Shown one piece after another: positions 1 through 9,156 of a stretch of 64,000 nt of DNA. Source of the DNA: Deltaproteobacteria bacterium. Lineage in GTDB: Bacteria > Desulfobacterota > Deferrimicrobia > Deferrimicrobiales > Deferrimicrobiaceae. Under the pieces are notes generated by a model. It made no database searches and had not been told where the DNA came from. It saw only the letters and a list, made by a program, of their open reading frames with translations. The stretch is from contig JAKALO010000001.1 in the NCBI GenBank assembly GCA_021824125.1, positions 9,722 to 73,721 of the forward strand, written 5' to 3'. The stretch's first letter is position 1. The number at the start of each line of letters is the position of its first letter. The translations under genes were made by a program, and so were the position numbers.

Positions 1-634
1 GGACCTCCTCGTCGCTTTCCGTTTTTTCACCACCGGCGATGACCACGGAGGACGCGCACCCGTCGGTGACCTCCCGGAACGTTTCGGGGCTCCCCGTGTA
101 GGGGACCTTGACGATGTCCGCGCCCATCTCCGCGCCTACCCGCGCCGCGTGGCGCACGTAGCGAACGTCGTATTCGTTCCTGATCTTCGGGCCGCGGGTG
201 TAGATCATCGCGAGCAGCGGCATCCCCCAGCGCTGGCAGGCGCTGGAGACCGCGCCGAAATCCCGGAGCATCCGCGCTTCGTCGTCGGCGCCAAGGTTCA
301 CATGTATGGACACCGCGTCCGCGCCCATCTGCAGGGCGTCCTCCACCGTCGCAACGAGGACCTTCGTGTTCGAGTCCGGGGAGAGGTTCGTGCTGGCGGA
401 AAGGTGAATGATGAGACCCAGGTCTTTCCCGTAGCCGCGGTGGCCGAACATGGCGGCCCCCCGGTGCACCAGGGCGGCGTTGGCGCCGCCCTCGGCGATG
501 AGGTTGGCGGCTGGCGGAACCTGGACTAGCCCGGGGATGGGTCCGACGGTCACCCCGTGATCCATAGGCACGATCACCGTCCTCCGGGTGTTCCGGTCGA
601 TGATCCGCTCCATGCGGATTTTCTTTCCGATCAT
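1..634 (-). CDS. Class I aldolase family protein (DhnA / ADH-synthase type), C-terminus beyond window edge
   Basis: Minus-strand ORF with ATG at 634 ([36 protein letters not shown]...[19 protein letters not shown]...) preceded by SD-like GGAAGGGGAG. The sequence resembles DhnA-type class I fructose-bisphosphate aldolase / 2-amino-3,7-dideoxy-D-threo-hept-6-ulosonate synthases. The ORF runs off position 1. Confidence 0.65.
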   Translation of the reverse strand, partial: MIGKKIRMERIIDRNTRRTVIVPMDHGVTVGPIPGLVQVPPAANLIAEGGANAALVHRGAAMFGHRGYGKDLGLIIHLSASTNLSPDSNTKVLVATVEDALQMGADAVSIHVNLGADDEARMLRDFGAVSSACQRWGMPLLAMIYTRGPKIRNEYDVRYVRHAARVGAEMGADIVKVPYTGSPETFREVTDGCASSVVIAGGEKTESDEEV

Positions 635-685
635 CTCCGCTCCCCTTCCGTCCGGCCGTTTATGGGAGAAACATGCCCGCCGGAT

Positions 686-2251
686 TTACTTGAAGACCCC
701 GCGAACCTTGAGAAGATCGTTCAGGTAGGTGGTGTTGTCCGCGTACTTGAGCGCCTCTTCGTATTTCACTTTGCCTGCCGAGACCATCTCCGCCAGGTTC
801 CAGTCGATGCTGACCAGCTCTTCGGTGTTCGCCTGCATAAGACCGCGCATCTGGTTGACCTTCCCTTCCCGGATGGCGTTCCGGACGCGGAGCGACGTGC
901 CCATCTTCTCCCACGCGAGCGTCCTGCCGGGCCCGTTCGCCCGGCGCAGGAGCCTCTGGGAGAACACCAGGAGCAGACTCTCCGCCAGTTGCGCGCGGAT
1001 CTGGGGCTGCTGGTTCCCCGGGAAGATGTCGATGATACGGTCCACCGAGGCCGTCGCGCTGTTGGCATGCAGCGTTCCCATGACAAGGTGCCCCGTCTCC
1101 GCCGCCGTCAACGCGATGGAGATGCTCTCGTAGTCGCGCAGCTCTCCGATGACTATAACGTCCGGGTTCTGCCGGAAGATGTGCCGCAGGCCGTCGGCGA
1201 AGGACAGCGTGTCGTTCCCCACCTCCCGCTGGTTGATGTTCGAGTTCTTGTGCCGGTGCGTGAACTCTATCGGGTCCTCTATCGTTATGACGTTGGCCTT
1301 CCGTTCCCGGTTGACCACTTCCACCAGGTTGGCGAGCGTGGTGGATTTCCCGTGGCCGTTGGGTCCGCTGATCAGGATGAGCCCCTGCGTCTTGAGCGCG
1401 TATTCACGGAGAAAATCCGGCAGCCCGAGCTCGGCCGCGCTCGGGATGGAGTCCGCGACGTGCCTCGCGGTGAACGCGATTGAGCTTCGTTGCCTGTAGA
1501 GGTTGCAGCGGAAACGTGCCACTCCTTCGAGCGAGTAGGCGAAGTCGAGCTCCTTGAAGTCCTGGAACGTGCGCCTTTGCTCGGGGGTCATGATCTCGTG
1601 GATCATCTGCTCGATTTCCGCCGGCTTGAACGCGGGCAGGGACAGTCGCCGGATCTCGTTGTCGACGCGGATCGACGGGATGGCGCCCGCGGACAGGTGC
1701 AGGTCCTGGCCCTTCCAGGACACCAGCGCTTCAAGGAGGCTTTCCAGGGTCTTCTCCACCTTGACCCTCTTTCCGGTCGCCTTCTCGCCCTGGAGCTTCA
1801 GATTCACCGTGCCGTAGCCGTGGGTCTGGAAGAACGCGAGCGCCTTCTCGAAGTGGACCGCGGAGAGGATCACCGGCTTTGTGCTGTGTCCCGACTGGAA
1901 CTCCACGTCCGAAAGGGCGGAGAGGTCGGTCGGGTCCACCATCCCGATGACCAGGCGCTTCCCCTCGAACCCGATGGGCAGGAGACGCCGCAGGCGGACG
2001 GTTTCGAGCTGGACCAGCCGTTGTATCGAGGAGGGGACCTCCACCTTGTCCAGGTTGATGTGCTGCATTCCCATCTGCTCGGAAAGGGTGTTCAGTAGCG
2101 CTTCCTCGCTGAGAACCCCCAGCCGGATGAGGTTTTCCCCAAGCGTACCCCCGAGCTGGCGCTGGGTCTTGAGCGCCTGCTGAAGCTGCTCTTCCTGGAT
2201 CAGGCCCGCCGCAACCAGTATCTCGCCTATCTTCAGCTTTTTATCCGTCAT
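686..2251 (-). CDS. PilT-family type IV pilus retraction ATPase with an N-terminal MshEN (T2SSE_N) domain
   Basis: 521-aa ORF. The C-terminal two-thirds carry PilT/PilU hallmarks (Walker A GPNGHGKSTT, ITIEDPIEF, GHLVMGTLHANSA). The N-terminal ~140 aa contain two tandem MshEN-type motifs (KIGEILVAAGLIQEEQLQQALKTQ and LGENLIRLGVLSEEALLNTLSEQ). Confidence 0.85.
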   Translation of the reverse strand: MTDKKLKIGEILVAAGLIQEEQLQQALKTQRQLGGTLGENLIRLGVLSEEALLNTLSEQMGMQHINLDKVEVPSSIQRLVQLETVRLRRLLPIGFEGKRLVIGMVDPTDLSALSDVEFQSGHSTKPVILSAVHFEKALAFFQTHGYGTVNLKLQGEKATGKRVKVEKTLESLLEALVSWKGQDLHLSAGAIPSIRVDNEIRRLSLPAFKPAEIEQMIHEIMTPEQRRTFQDFKELDFAYSLEGVARFRCNLYRQRSSIAFTARHVADSIPSAAELGLPDFLREYALKTQGLILISGPNGHGKSTTLANLVEVVNRERKANVITIEDPIEFTHRHKNSNINQREVGNDTLSFADGLRHIFRQNPDVIVIGELRDYESISIALTAAETGHLVMGTLHANSATASVDRIIDIFPGNQQPQIRAQLAESLLLVFSQRLLRRANGPGRTLAWEKMGTSLRVRNAIREGKVNQMRGLMQANTEELVSIDWNLAEMVSAGKVKYEEALKYADNTTYLNDLLKVRGVFK

Positions 2252-2325
2252 GCTCCCCCCAACCGTATATTGCGCATAGTTTCCCTCAAATCTAACGCAG
2301 AGAGGGAAAAATGGGCAATATCAAT

Positions 2326-3129
2326 TTACTCCCTGTTCCGGGAGCACACCCGCGCAAGCGCGCACAAGTCGCATTCGCCCCTTTGTTTCACGGTGCACTC
2401 CTTCAGGATTCCGATACGCGTCAGCGCGAAATCGAACCGCACCGGGTCCTCCGGGCACACATCCCGGAAGGCGGCGGTGATTTCCTCCGCCATCTTCCAA
2501 TCCGCCGTGCGCCGGCGCGTCATCCCCAGCCAGCGCCCTATCCGGGCCATGTGCGTGTCGACGGGAACGATCAGGTCGCGGGCGGGAAATGCCGGCCAGA
2601 TCCCGAAGTCGACCCCGTCGTCCCCCCGGGCCATCCACCGCAGGAACAGGTTGTGGCGTTTGCAGGCCGAGCCCTTCAGGGGATCGGGGAACAGAAAGGA
2701 TCGTTGCCTGGGCAGGGAAGGCCCCCATGCCCCCCGGAATTCCCCGAGAAACCGCGCAAGCCGTTCGCGGGTCCCGGCCCCCGGGCCTTTCGTCCCTCGC
2801 AGGTACAGGGATTCCAGGCTCCCGTGCTCGAGGTACATCGCCCGCAGGCAGCCCAGAAAAAGTCGCACCCCCTCCGGTGATATGAACCGGTGCCCCAACC
2901 CGGAGAGGCGCCCCGGGAAGACCGGGCGCGGACCTGCGAGGGCGGCGTGCGGCGAAGGACCCAGCGCGGCGAACAGCCGCTCGAGAAAAGCCTTGATCTG
3001 GGGTACGTTCCCGAAGGCGAACGACGCGGCGATGAAGGCGGACGACTCGATGTCCTCCCGCGAGCTATAGCGGTGGGGAAACATGACGGGATCGGAGGAA
3101 TGCGGCGCCGACCCGTGGGCGGCCAGCAC
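2326..3129 (-). CDS. TIGR02757 / DUF2400 family conserved hypothetical protein
   Basis: The C-terminal ~270 aa of a long minus-strand reading frame match the DUF2400 pattern (DPVMFPHRY...FIAASFAFGNVPQI...DTHMARIGRWLG). The frame upstream of ~3170 is an artefactual extension through hisG in another frame. The start is uncertain; candidates are GTG at 3129 or ATG at 3084, both weakly supported. Confidence 0.55.
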   Translation of the reverse strand: MLAAHGSAPHSSDPVMFPHRYSSREDIESSAFIAASFAFGNVPQIKAFLERLFAALGPSPHAALAGPRPVFPGRLSGLGHRFISPEGVRLFLGCLRAMYLEHGSLESLYLRGTKGPGAGTRERLARFLGEFRGAWGPSLPRQRSFLFPDPLKGSACKRHNLFLRWMARGDDGVDFGIWPAFPARDLIVPVDTHMARIGRWLGMTRRRTADWKMAEEITAAFRDVCPEDPVRFDFALTRIGILKECTVKQRGECDLCALARVCSRNRE

Positions 3130-3164
3130 CGCATTGAGCGCTTTTACGAGAGGAGCCGGGGCCG

Positions 3165-4052
3165 TTACGGTATCACCTTGTTCAACGGGTACTCGACGAT
3201 CCCGGACGCGCCAGTCTTCTTCAGCACGGGGATGAGCTCCCGGACGGTTTTCTCGTCCACGATCACCTCGAGGCTGAACCACCCGGCCTCGCTCAGGGAC
3301 GATATCGTCGGATTCTGAAGGGCCGGCAGCACCTTGATCACCCGTTCGAGGTCGGCGCGGGAGACGTTCATCTTCAGCCCCACCTTCTCCATCGCCCGGA
3401 GCGCGCCTGTGAGCAGCATGGCGATGTTCTCCATCTTCTGCCTTTTCCAGGGCTGCCTCCACGCATCCCGGTTCGCGATAAGCACGGTGGTCGACTCCAG
3501 GATCGTGTCGACGATCCGCAGGTTGTTCGCGTGCAGGGAACTGCCCGTCTCGGTCAGCTCGACGATCGCGTCCGCGAGCCGGGGCGCCTTGACTTCGGTC
3601 GCCCCCCATGAAAACTCCACCCGCGCGTTCACCTTCCTGCCCTTGAGGAAGCGGCGGGTGTACTGCACAAGCTCGGTGGCCACCCGCTTTCCCCGCAGGT
3701 CCTCGATGCGCCGGATCGGGGAGTCGTTCGGAACGGCCACGACCCACCGGACGGGGCGGAGCCCACCCTTGGCGTACTGGAGGGTGCACACCTCCTTGAC
3801 CTTCGCGTTCTGCTCCAGGACCCAGTCCCGCCCCGTCAGGCCGAGGTCGAGGATCCCGTCCTGGACGTAACGCGCCATCTCCTGTGCGCGGATCAGGAGC
3901 CCCGACAGCTCCTGGTCGTCGATTGACGGTATGTAGCTGCGGGACCCCACGGTAATCGTGAACCCGGCCTTGCGAAACAGGTTCAGCGTCGAATCCTGCA
4001 GGCTGCCCTTGGGCAACCCGATGCTCAGTACCTTGCGGGACGATTCCTTCAT
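3165..4052 (-). CDS. hisG: ATP phosphoribosyltransferase, long form with C-terminal regulatory domain
   Basis: 295-aa ORF ([19 protein letters not shown]...) with a HisG catalytic fold and a C-terminal regulatory domain. Confidence 0.9.
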   Translation of the reverse strand: MKESSRKVLSIGLPKGSLQDSTLNLFRKAGFTITVGSRSYIPSIDDQELSGLLIRAQEMARYVQDGILDLGLTGRDWVLEQNAKVKEVCTLQYAKGGLRPVRWVVAVPNDSPIRRIEDLRGKRVATELVQYTRRFLKGRKVNARVEFSWGATEVKAPRLADAIVELTETGSSLHANNLRIVDTILESTTVLIANRDAWRQPWKRQKMENIAMLLTGALRAMEKVGLKMNVSRADLERVIKVLPALQNPTISSLSEAGWFSLEVIVDEKTVRELIPVLKKTGASGIVEYPLNKVIP

Positions 4053-4143
4053 GTCGTTCCTTCCTTGAAACGTGAAAAGCGCATTCTACTTTCGCGGATG
4101 CGCCAAGGCAACCTGGAATCGGGAGTCGCCGCGGACTGTCCAC

Positions 4144-5799
4144 CTACGGAGGGCATGGCTCCGTCGGGGATTTCGCCGCCGTGGACGGTTCCCCCGGCAC
4201 TCCGCCGATCTTGCGGATCGCATCCTCGGCGGCCTTCCGGACCTGGGGGTCCTTGTCGGCCAGGAGGTCACGGAGGGGGCGCATAACGCGGGTGAACCCG
4301 ACCTCCCCCAGCGCGGACGCCGCGCGGGCGCGAACCGCCGGGTTGTCGTCCTGGAGCGAGAGGAGAAGGGGTTCGACGACCACTTCACCCATCTGGGAAA
4401 GGACGAAGCTGGCGACGAAGCCTACCCGCTCGTCGGCCAGTAGGCGGATCAGCGGGTATATGGCCCTCGTGTCCTTGATCTGCCTCATGGTGCACAACGA
4501 GGCGATCCGTGTTCCGATGTCCTCCTCCTTGTTAAGGGTTTCAAGGCACCCCTCGAGCACCCGGTCACCCATCCCCTCGAGCACGTACTGCTTCCAGTAG
4601 TCGAGCTCCGGATCGTTGCTTCTGCGCAGCAGGGGGCGGAGGTTCGCGTCCCCGAACTGCCGGAGCGCCATGATGCATAGCCACCTGATCTCCGGGTCTC
4701 CGAGCCCGTTGACCAGTCCTTCGACCGACGCCGGGTCCGCGATCGCCATAAGGGCGGCGACCGTGGAGACCTTGACATCCGGGGAAGGGTCACGCAGCAC
4801 CTCGAGGAGAATGGGCATCGCCGCGCGGTATTTGCTCTTCCGGATCGACGTCGCGGCGCCGATCTTCTGCAGGACGTTCCCGCCGCGAAGCATCCGGAAG
4901 AGGATCGGGCGGCCCGCGTCGGGCATCCGCGCGAAGGCCTCTGTGGCCGCCTCGCGGACATTCGGATCGTTGTCGTCCAGGTAGGAGGCCACGTCCTCAA
5001 GTATGGACGGGTCCGCCGTCTCCCCCAGGGTAAGGCAGGCGTAATACCGCACCAGCGGTGAAGGGTCGGAAAGGATCTTGCGAAGGTAGAGCAGCGTTTC
5101 CCTGGTGCCCATGGCCCCCAGGGCGCGGATCGCCCCGACCCGTATGTCGACGTTCCCGTAGGAAAGGAGGGAGGTCAGGGCCGCGGTCGCGTCCTCCCCG
5201 AACTTGGGCAGGGACTCGATCGCCGCGTCGCGGACCGACGGGTAGACGCTGTCGACTTTCGCCATGACCAGCCGCAGCCCCCCCTCGCCCCCGAACTGGG
5301 CGACGGTCTGGATCGCCTGGACCTGGACCGACGGGTCCGAATCGTTGAGCGCGGCCTGGATGGATGGGGCAGCGGCCCGGGCGTCGAGCTGCCTCAGGAT
5401 GAAGAGGGCGTTCCGGCGGACGACCGGATTATTATGCTTCAGGGCAAGCACGGTCTTTCGGACGGATTCGTTGCCTATATTGATGAGCGCGCCGCTCGCG
5501 AGCCATCGAACCTCCTCGCTGTCGAGCGCCCCTATCAGCGTGTCCACCGATGCGGGGCCGAGGTCCACGAGGCGTTTCATGGCGTGGCTTCGAACGGCCA
5601 GGTCCCGGTCCTTCAGGAACGGCAGTATCTCCTTCGCCGCCTCCGTGCCCCCCTTGTCGAAGAGCACGTCGATCGCCTGCGTTTTCTCCTTCTGTGCGTC
5701 CTCCATCGGGATTTCCGCGCGCAGAATCGTGGAAGCCGAAAACAGGGACAGAAATAACACAAGCGGGAACGACAGGTGCAATCGGGCGCTTCGGTACAA
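4144..5799 (-). CDS. Secreted HEAT-repeat (PBS lyase HEAT-like) protein
   Basis: 551-aa ORF with an N-terminal signal peptide (LSFPLVLFLSLFSASTILRA). It contains more than ten repeats of the DPxxxVRxxAxxALG type typical of HEAT/PBS-lyase repeats. Confidence 0.7.
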   Translation of the reverse strand: MYRSARLHLSFPLVLFLSLFSASTILRAEIPMEDAQKEKTQAIDVLFDKGGTEAAKEILPFLKDRDLAVRSHAMKRLVDLGPASVDTLIGALDSEEVRWLASGALINIGNESVRKTVLALKHNNPVVRRNALFILRQLDARAAAPSIQAALNDSDPSVQVQAIQTVAQFGGEGGLRLVMAKVDSVYPSVRDAAIESLPKFGEDATAALTSLLSYGNVDIRVGAIRALGAMGTRETLLYLRKILSDPSPLVRYYACLTLGETADPSILEDVASYLDDNDPNVREAATEAFARMPDAGRPILFRMLRGGNVLQKIGAATSIRKSKYRAAMPILLEVLRDPSPDVKVSTVAALMAIADPASVEGLVNGLGDPEIRWLCIMALRQFGDANLRPLLRRSNDPELDYWKQYVLEGMGDRVLEGCLETLNKEEDIGTRIASLCTMRQIKDTRAIYPLIRLLADERVGFVASFVLSQMGEVVVEPLLLSLQDDNPAVRARAASALGEVGFTRVMRPLRDLLADKDPQVRKAAEDAIRKIGGVPGEPSTAAKSPTEPCPP

Positions 5800-5871
5800 G
5801 AAACCCTCCCGTCGTGAAGTCGTCTTACTGTATCTTTTTTATACACGCCAGGCAATTCATCCCGGGAACCC

Positions 5872-5911
5872 GGTCATGGATTTGGGCCCATGACCCGTAA
5901 ACCTGTACAAT
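5872..5911 (+). promoter_or_regulatory. Putative operator palindrome GGTCATGG-N8-CCATGACC overlapping a candidate sigma70 promoter (-10 TACAAT at 5906-5911) upstream of the DUF2064 gene
   Basis: Perfect 8-bp inverted repeat at 5872-5879 / 5888-5895, about 60 bp upstream of the ATG at 5952. A TACAAT hexamer lies 17 bp downstream of a weak TTGGGC. Confidence 0.3.
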
Positions 5912-5951
5912 GGAAGCGGAATAACCTTGGCCACCGCGGGGAAACCACGTA

Positions 5952-6773
5952 ATGGAACGCCTCGACACCTTGATCCTCTTCGGGAAAGCCCCCGTTCCCG
6001 GAACGGTAAAGACCAGGCTTTGCCCCCCTTTGTCGCCACGGGAAGCGGCCGGGCTTTACTCCTGCCTCCTGGAAGACGCCGCGGAAGAAGCCGGAAGACT
6101 CCGGGGGGTCCGCCGTTACATCTTCTTTGCCCCCCCGGAAGGCGAAGCCTACTTCCGCGCGGGAACATTCTCCGCCTTTCACATTCGTCCGCAGGCCGGG
6201 TCGGATCTCGGGGAACGGATGGAGAGGGCCACGCTGGCGGCGTTCGCCGGCGGGGCGCGCAGAGTGGTGGTCATCGGCGCCGATTGCCCCGCGCTGTCCG
6301 GAGGTATCATCCGTTCAGCCTTCCGTGAACTGTCGAACGCCGCCGGGGCGGTGTTCGGCCCCGCCGAGGACGGGGGGTACTACCTCGTCGGCCTTGGCGA
6401 GCCCGCCCCTTTCCTGTTCCGGGGAATCGAGTGGGGCTCCCCAACGGTTCTTGCGACATCCCTCTCGCGATGCCGGGATGCCGGGATCCCTTACGCCCTG
6501 CTGCCCGGCAAATCCGATGTGGACACCGCGGAGGACCTGGTGTCGCTCAGACGCTGGGCCCGCGCCCACGCCCGGCCCCCCTGCCCCCGGACGCGGTCAT
6601 GGCTTAAGAACTTCCTTCCGGCGATCACCTGCTCCGGGAGCGCGGTCTCGTTGCCGCGCCCGGACGAATCAGGGTCCGCCCCATCCCCAGGTCGACGATC
6701 TCGCTCCGCAGGATCACCTCCTTCAACCCTTTGCGTGGGACCTCGATCCCGAAGCTTCCGGTTTCCCCGTTGA
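5952..6773 (+). CDS. DUF2064 family protein (2-phospho-L-lactate guanylyltransferase-like fold)
   Basis: ATG at 5952 (MERLDTLILFGKAPVPGTVKTRL...VVVIGADCP...DGGYYLVGL...DVDTAEDL). The last ~60 aa are low-complexity and overlap the convergent gene at 6625-7305 by 149 bp. The true C-terminus may be affected by a frameshift. Confidence 0.65.
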   Translation: MERLDTLILFGKAPVPGTVKTRLCPPLSPREAAGLYSCLLEDAAEEAGRLRGVRRYIFFAPPEGEAYFRAGTFSAFHIRPQAGSDLGERMERATLAAFAGGARRVVVIGADCPALSGGIIRSAFRELSNAAGAVFGPAEDGGYYLVGLGEPAPFLFRGIEWGSPTVLATSLSRCRDAGIPYALLPGKSDVDTAEDLVSLRRWARAHARPPCPRTRSWLKNFLPAITCSGSAVSLPRPDESGSAPSPGRRSRSAGSPPSTLCVGPRSRSFRFPR

Positions 6774-7305
6774 GCAGCGCCCCCTCTCCCATAAATTCGG
6801 ACTTCGGGAAAAACGTTTTTTTCTCCCGCCGGCCGTCACGGTAGACGATCTCCACCACGACGCCGATCGACTTGAGGGACAGGTCGGGGACATCCTCCCC
6901 CTTGTTCGTCACCATCACGGAGAGAAGGACGCCCTTGTCCACTTTTTCCTGCTTCACCTCGATGGGAAGCTCCGGGTTCGGAACGACGGTCACCTTGTGC
7001 CCGACCCAAACCCCGTAGACGAGGAACAGGAGGAGGAAGGCGGCCAGCAGGGGACCGGCCACCTTGATCCACTTTCCGTGGAGGACCCACAGGTCGGCAA
7101 GGTACTCGATCCTGACCTTGCCTCGAAGGAGATTCCGGAAATCATCCTCTTTCCGCCTCGCGCGGGAAACGGCCGGCTTCCCCGAGGGGGGCAGGGCATG
7201 CTTGCAGTGCGGGCACACGGCTTCGGCCGCCGCGATCTGTATGGTGCAATACGGACAGGAGATGAACTCCTGGTCCTCCGTCGAAAGCCCGGCCTTCTTC
7301 TTCAC
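6625..7305 (-). CDS. Zinc-ribbon (MJ0042-like) single-pass membrane protein with a C-terminal beta-rich domain
   Basis: GTG start at 7305 preceded by AAAGGCGGA and lying 17 nt after the pepA stop. CPYC...CPHCKH zinc ribbon, one TM helix (VAGPLLAAFLLLFLVYGVWV), then an extracytoplasmic domain. The upstream extension to 7431 in the ORF track overlaps pepA and is rejected. Confidence 0.5.
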   Translation of the reverse strand: MKKKAGLSTEDQEFISCPYCTIQIAAAEAVCPHCKHALPPSGKPAVSRARRKEDDFRNLLRGKVRIEYLADLWVLHGKWIKVAGPLLAAFLLLFLVYGVWVGHKVTVVPNPELPIEVKQEKVDKGVLLSVMVTNKGEDVPDLSLKSIGVVVEIVYRDGRREKKTFFPKSEFMGEGALLNGETGSFGIEVPRKGLKEVILRSEIVDLGMGRTLIRPGAATRPRSRSR

Positions 7306-7321
7306 GGACGTCCGCCTTTGA

Positions 7322-8848
7322 TCATTGGGCCCGCTTCCTTCCCTCCTGCGACAGGAACTCGACGATGAGCCGCACCGGGGCGCCGGTAGGGCCCGGGGCG
7401 TACCCCATCCTTTCCTTCTCACGCCACGCAACGCCGGCGATGTCCAGGTGAACCCAGGGGGTGTCTCCGGCGAACTCCTTCAGAAAACAGGCGGCGGTGA
7501 TCGTGCCCGCCTCCGGTCCGCCGATATTCTTGAGGTCACCGATTTCGCTTTTGATCTGCTCGAAATACTCCTCGTGGAGCGGCAGCTCCCAGGCCTTCTC
7601 GCCGGACACCCCGGACGCCTCCTTAATCATGGAGAGAAGCTTTCCGTCGTTCCCGATCATGCCCATCGTCACGCTTCCCAACGCCACGACGCACGCACCG
7701 GTAAGCGTCGCCGCGTCGACCATCGCGGCCGGGCGGTACCGCTTCTTCGCCCAGGCCATGGCGTCCGCAAGGATGAGCCTCCCTTCCGCGTCCGTGGAGA
7801 GCACCTCGACCGTTTTCCCCGACATCATCCGGATGACGTCACCCGGCCGGTAGGCGGCGCCGGAAGGCATGTTCTCCACCGCCGGCACCACGGCGACGAC
7901 GTTTACCGGTATCCCGACTGCGGCGGCGGCGCGGACCGCGCCCAGCATCCCCGCCCCCCCGGCCATGTCGTACTTCATCTTTTCCATCCCCTCCCACTTC
8001 TTCAGGGAGATTCCGCCCGTATCGAATGTGACCCCCTTACCGACAAGCGCCGTCCAGGGCCCCCCGGGACGCCCACCGCGGAACTCCGCGACGATGAGTC
8101 GCGGGGGAGCATCGCTCCCCTTGCCGACAGCCAGGATCCCGCCCATACCCCACGCCTCGATCTCCTTTTTCCCGAACACCCGGACGCGGATCTTTTTCGC
8201 CGCAGCGGTACCAAGCCCTTTCGCCAGCGCCTTGGCGGCGCGGGCCAGCCCGTCAGGCCGCAGATCCCCGGGCGGAGAGGAAACAAGGTTCCGCGCCCAG
8301 TTGACCGCCTCTCCGACGCGGGCGCCATATTCAAGCCCTTTCCTGATGGGGGATGCGAGCAACCGGTTGTTCTCGACCAGCCGGAACCGCCCCACCCGGT
8401 TCTCCTTCTCCGACTTGTAGCGGTCGTACTCGTAATTGGACAGCGCCGCGCCGAGCGCGGCGAACCGCGCAGCGGCCTCCGGGTCCAAACCTCCGATCCC
8501 GGCGCCGTGAAGCACCGAAGCCACGGTCGCAAGCTTCAGCTTCCTCGCCAGCCGCACCACCGGAAGCGCGGCCTGCCGGACCAGGTCCAGTGAGAACTTT
8601 TCCTTTTTCCCGAGACCGAGGACCAGCACGCGGGGCGAGGCGACCCCCTTCACGGGGCGCAGGAGAAGCGTCTCCCCCCATTTACCCTGAAAGTCGCCGT
8701 CCCGTATCGCCGCGGTAATCGCGCCCTCGAGCGCCGCGTCCACCGCGCCGGTCGCGCCACCCGGTCTCTTCACTCCCTCGAAGAGGTTCACCACCACCAT
8801 ATCGGCCTTGTGCCGGACGATGTCCCCCATGACCAGTTCTATCTTCAA
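7322..8848 (-). CDS. pepA: Leucyl aminopeptidase (M17 family)
   Basis: M17 signature region (NTDAEGRL, VGKGVTFDTGG). The likely start is TTG at 8848 (MKIELVMGDIV...) with GGGAG upstream. The ORF track extends it to 8914. Confidence 0.85.
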   Translation of the reverse strand: MKIELVMGDIVRHKADMVVVNLFEGVKRPGGATGAVDAALEGAITAAIRDGDFQGKWGETLLLRPVKGVASPRVLVLGLGKKEKFSLDLVRQAALPVVRLARKLKLATVASVLHGAGIGGLDPEAAARFAALGAALSNYEYDRYKSEKENRVGRFRLVENNRLLASPIRKGLEYGARVGEAVNWARNLVSSPPGDLRPDGLARAAKALAKGLGTAAAKKIRVRVFGKKEIEAWGMGGILAVGKGSDAPPRLIVAEFRGGRPGGPWTALVGKGVTFDTGGISLKKWEGMEKMKYDMAGGAGMLGAVRAAAAVGIPVNVVAVVPAVENMPSGAAYRPGDVIRMMSGKTVEVLSTDAEGRLILADAMAWAKKRYRPAAMVDAATLTGACVVALGSVTMGMIGNDGKLLSMIKEASGVSGEKAWELPLHEEYFEQIKSEIGDLKNIGGPEAGTITAACFLKEFAGDTPWVHLDIAGVAWREKERMGYAPGPTGAPVRLIVEFLSQEGRKRAQ

Positions 8849-8942
8849 TTTACACGCTCCCGTCCGCGACGATGCGCCTCCCTGCAAATTATGGGGCCAA
8901 CGGATGGTTGTCAAGGATAGATGAAGAGGAAATCACGGACGG

Positions 8943-9156
8943 AGCGGCGCTCGAATGCCGCCGGATTTACCTGCCCGGGGCTCTGAGGAATCCATCGCGG
9001 AAATACGGCGAGCACCGAGAGCGCCGATGCGCCGCGACAGCGAGGCGCGCGACTGAGGCGTACTGCCTGTACGCCGCAAGGAGCGCAACGAAGCTGTAGC
9101 GGATGCAGCGGCGCTCGAATGCCGCCGGATTTACGGGATGGGTTCCTCAGAGCCCC
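8943..9156. repeat. Intergenic structured repeat element: two perfect 28-bp direct repeats (8943-8970, 9107-9134), each followed by one arm of a 14-bp inverted repeat (8977-8990 / 9143-9156)
   Basis: AGCGGCGCTCGAATGCCGCCGGATTTAC occurs twice, 164 bp apart. GGGGCTCTGAGGAA and TTCCTCAGAGCCCC are exact reverse complements. The interior carries further hairpins (GGCGTAC...GTACGCC). A related motif ATGCCCGCCGGATTTAC occurs at 673-689. Confidence 0.6.

Noticed and set aside
2326-4143. 605-aa minus-strand ORF spanning hisG
   Set aside because: Only the C-terminal ~270 aa (DUF2400) look genuine. The remainder is a stop-free alternate frame through hisG (Gly/Arg/Pro-rich), typical of high-GC DNA.
5857-6328. 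Small ORFs on both strands across the HEAT/DUF2064 intergenic region
   Set aside because: They overlap the promoter region and the start of the DUF2064 gene. There is no SD or domain signal, and the composition is biased.
8943-9134. Two identical 28-bp direct repeats, which raised the question of a CRISPR array
   Set aside because: There are only two copies, they are separated by a 136-bp 'spacer' (far longer than CRISPR spacers), they are flanked by inverted repeats, and no cas genes are nearby. Treated as a REP/MITE-like structured repeat instead.
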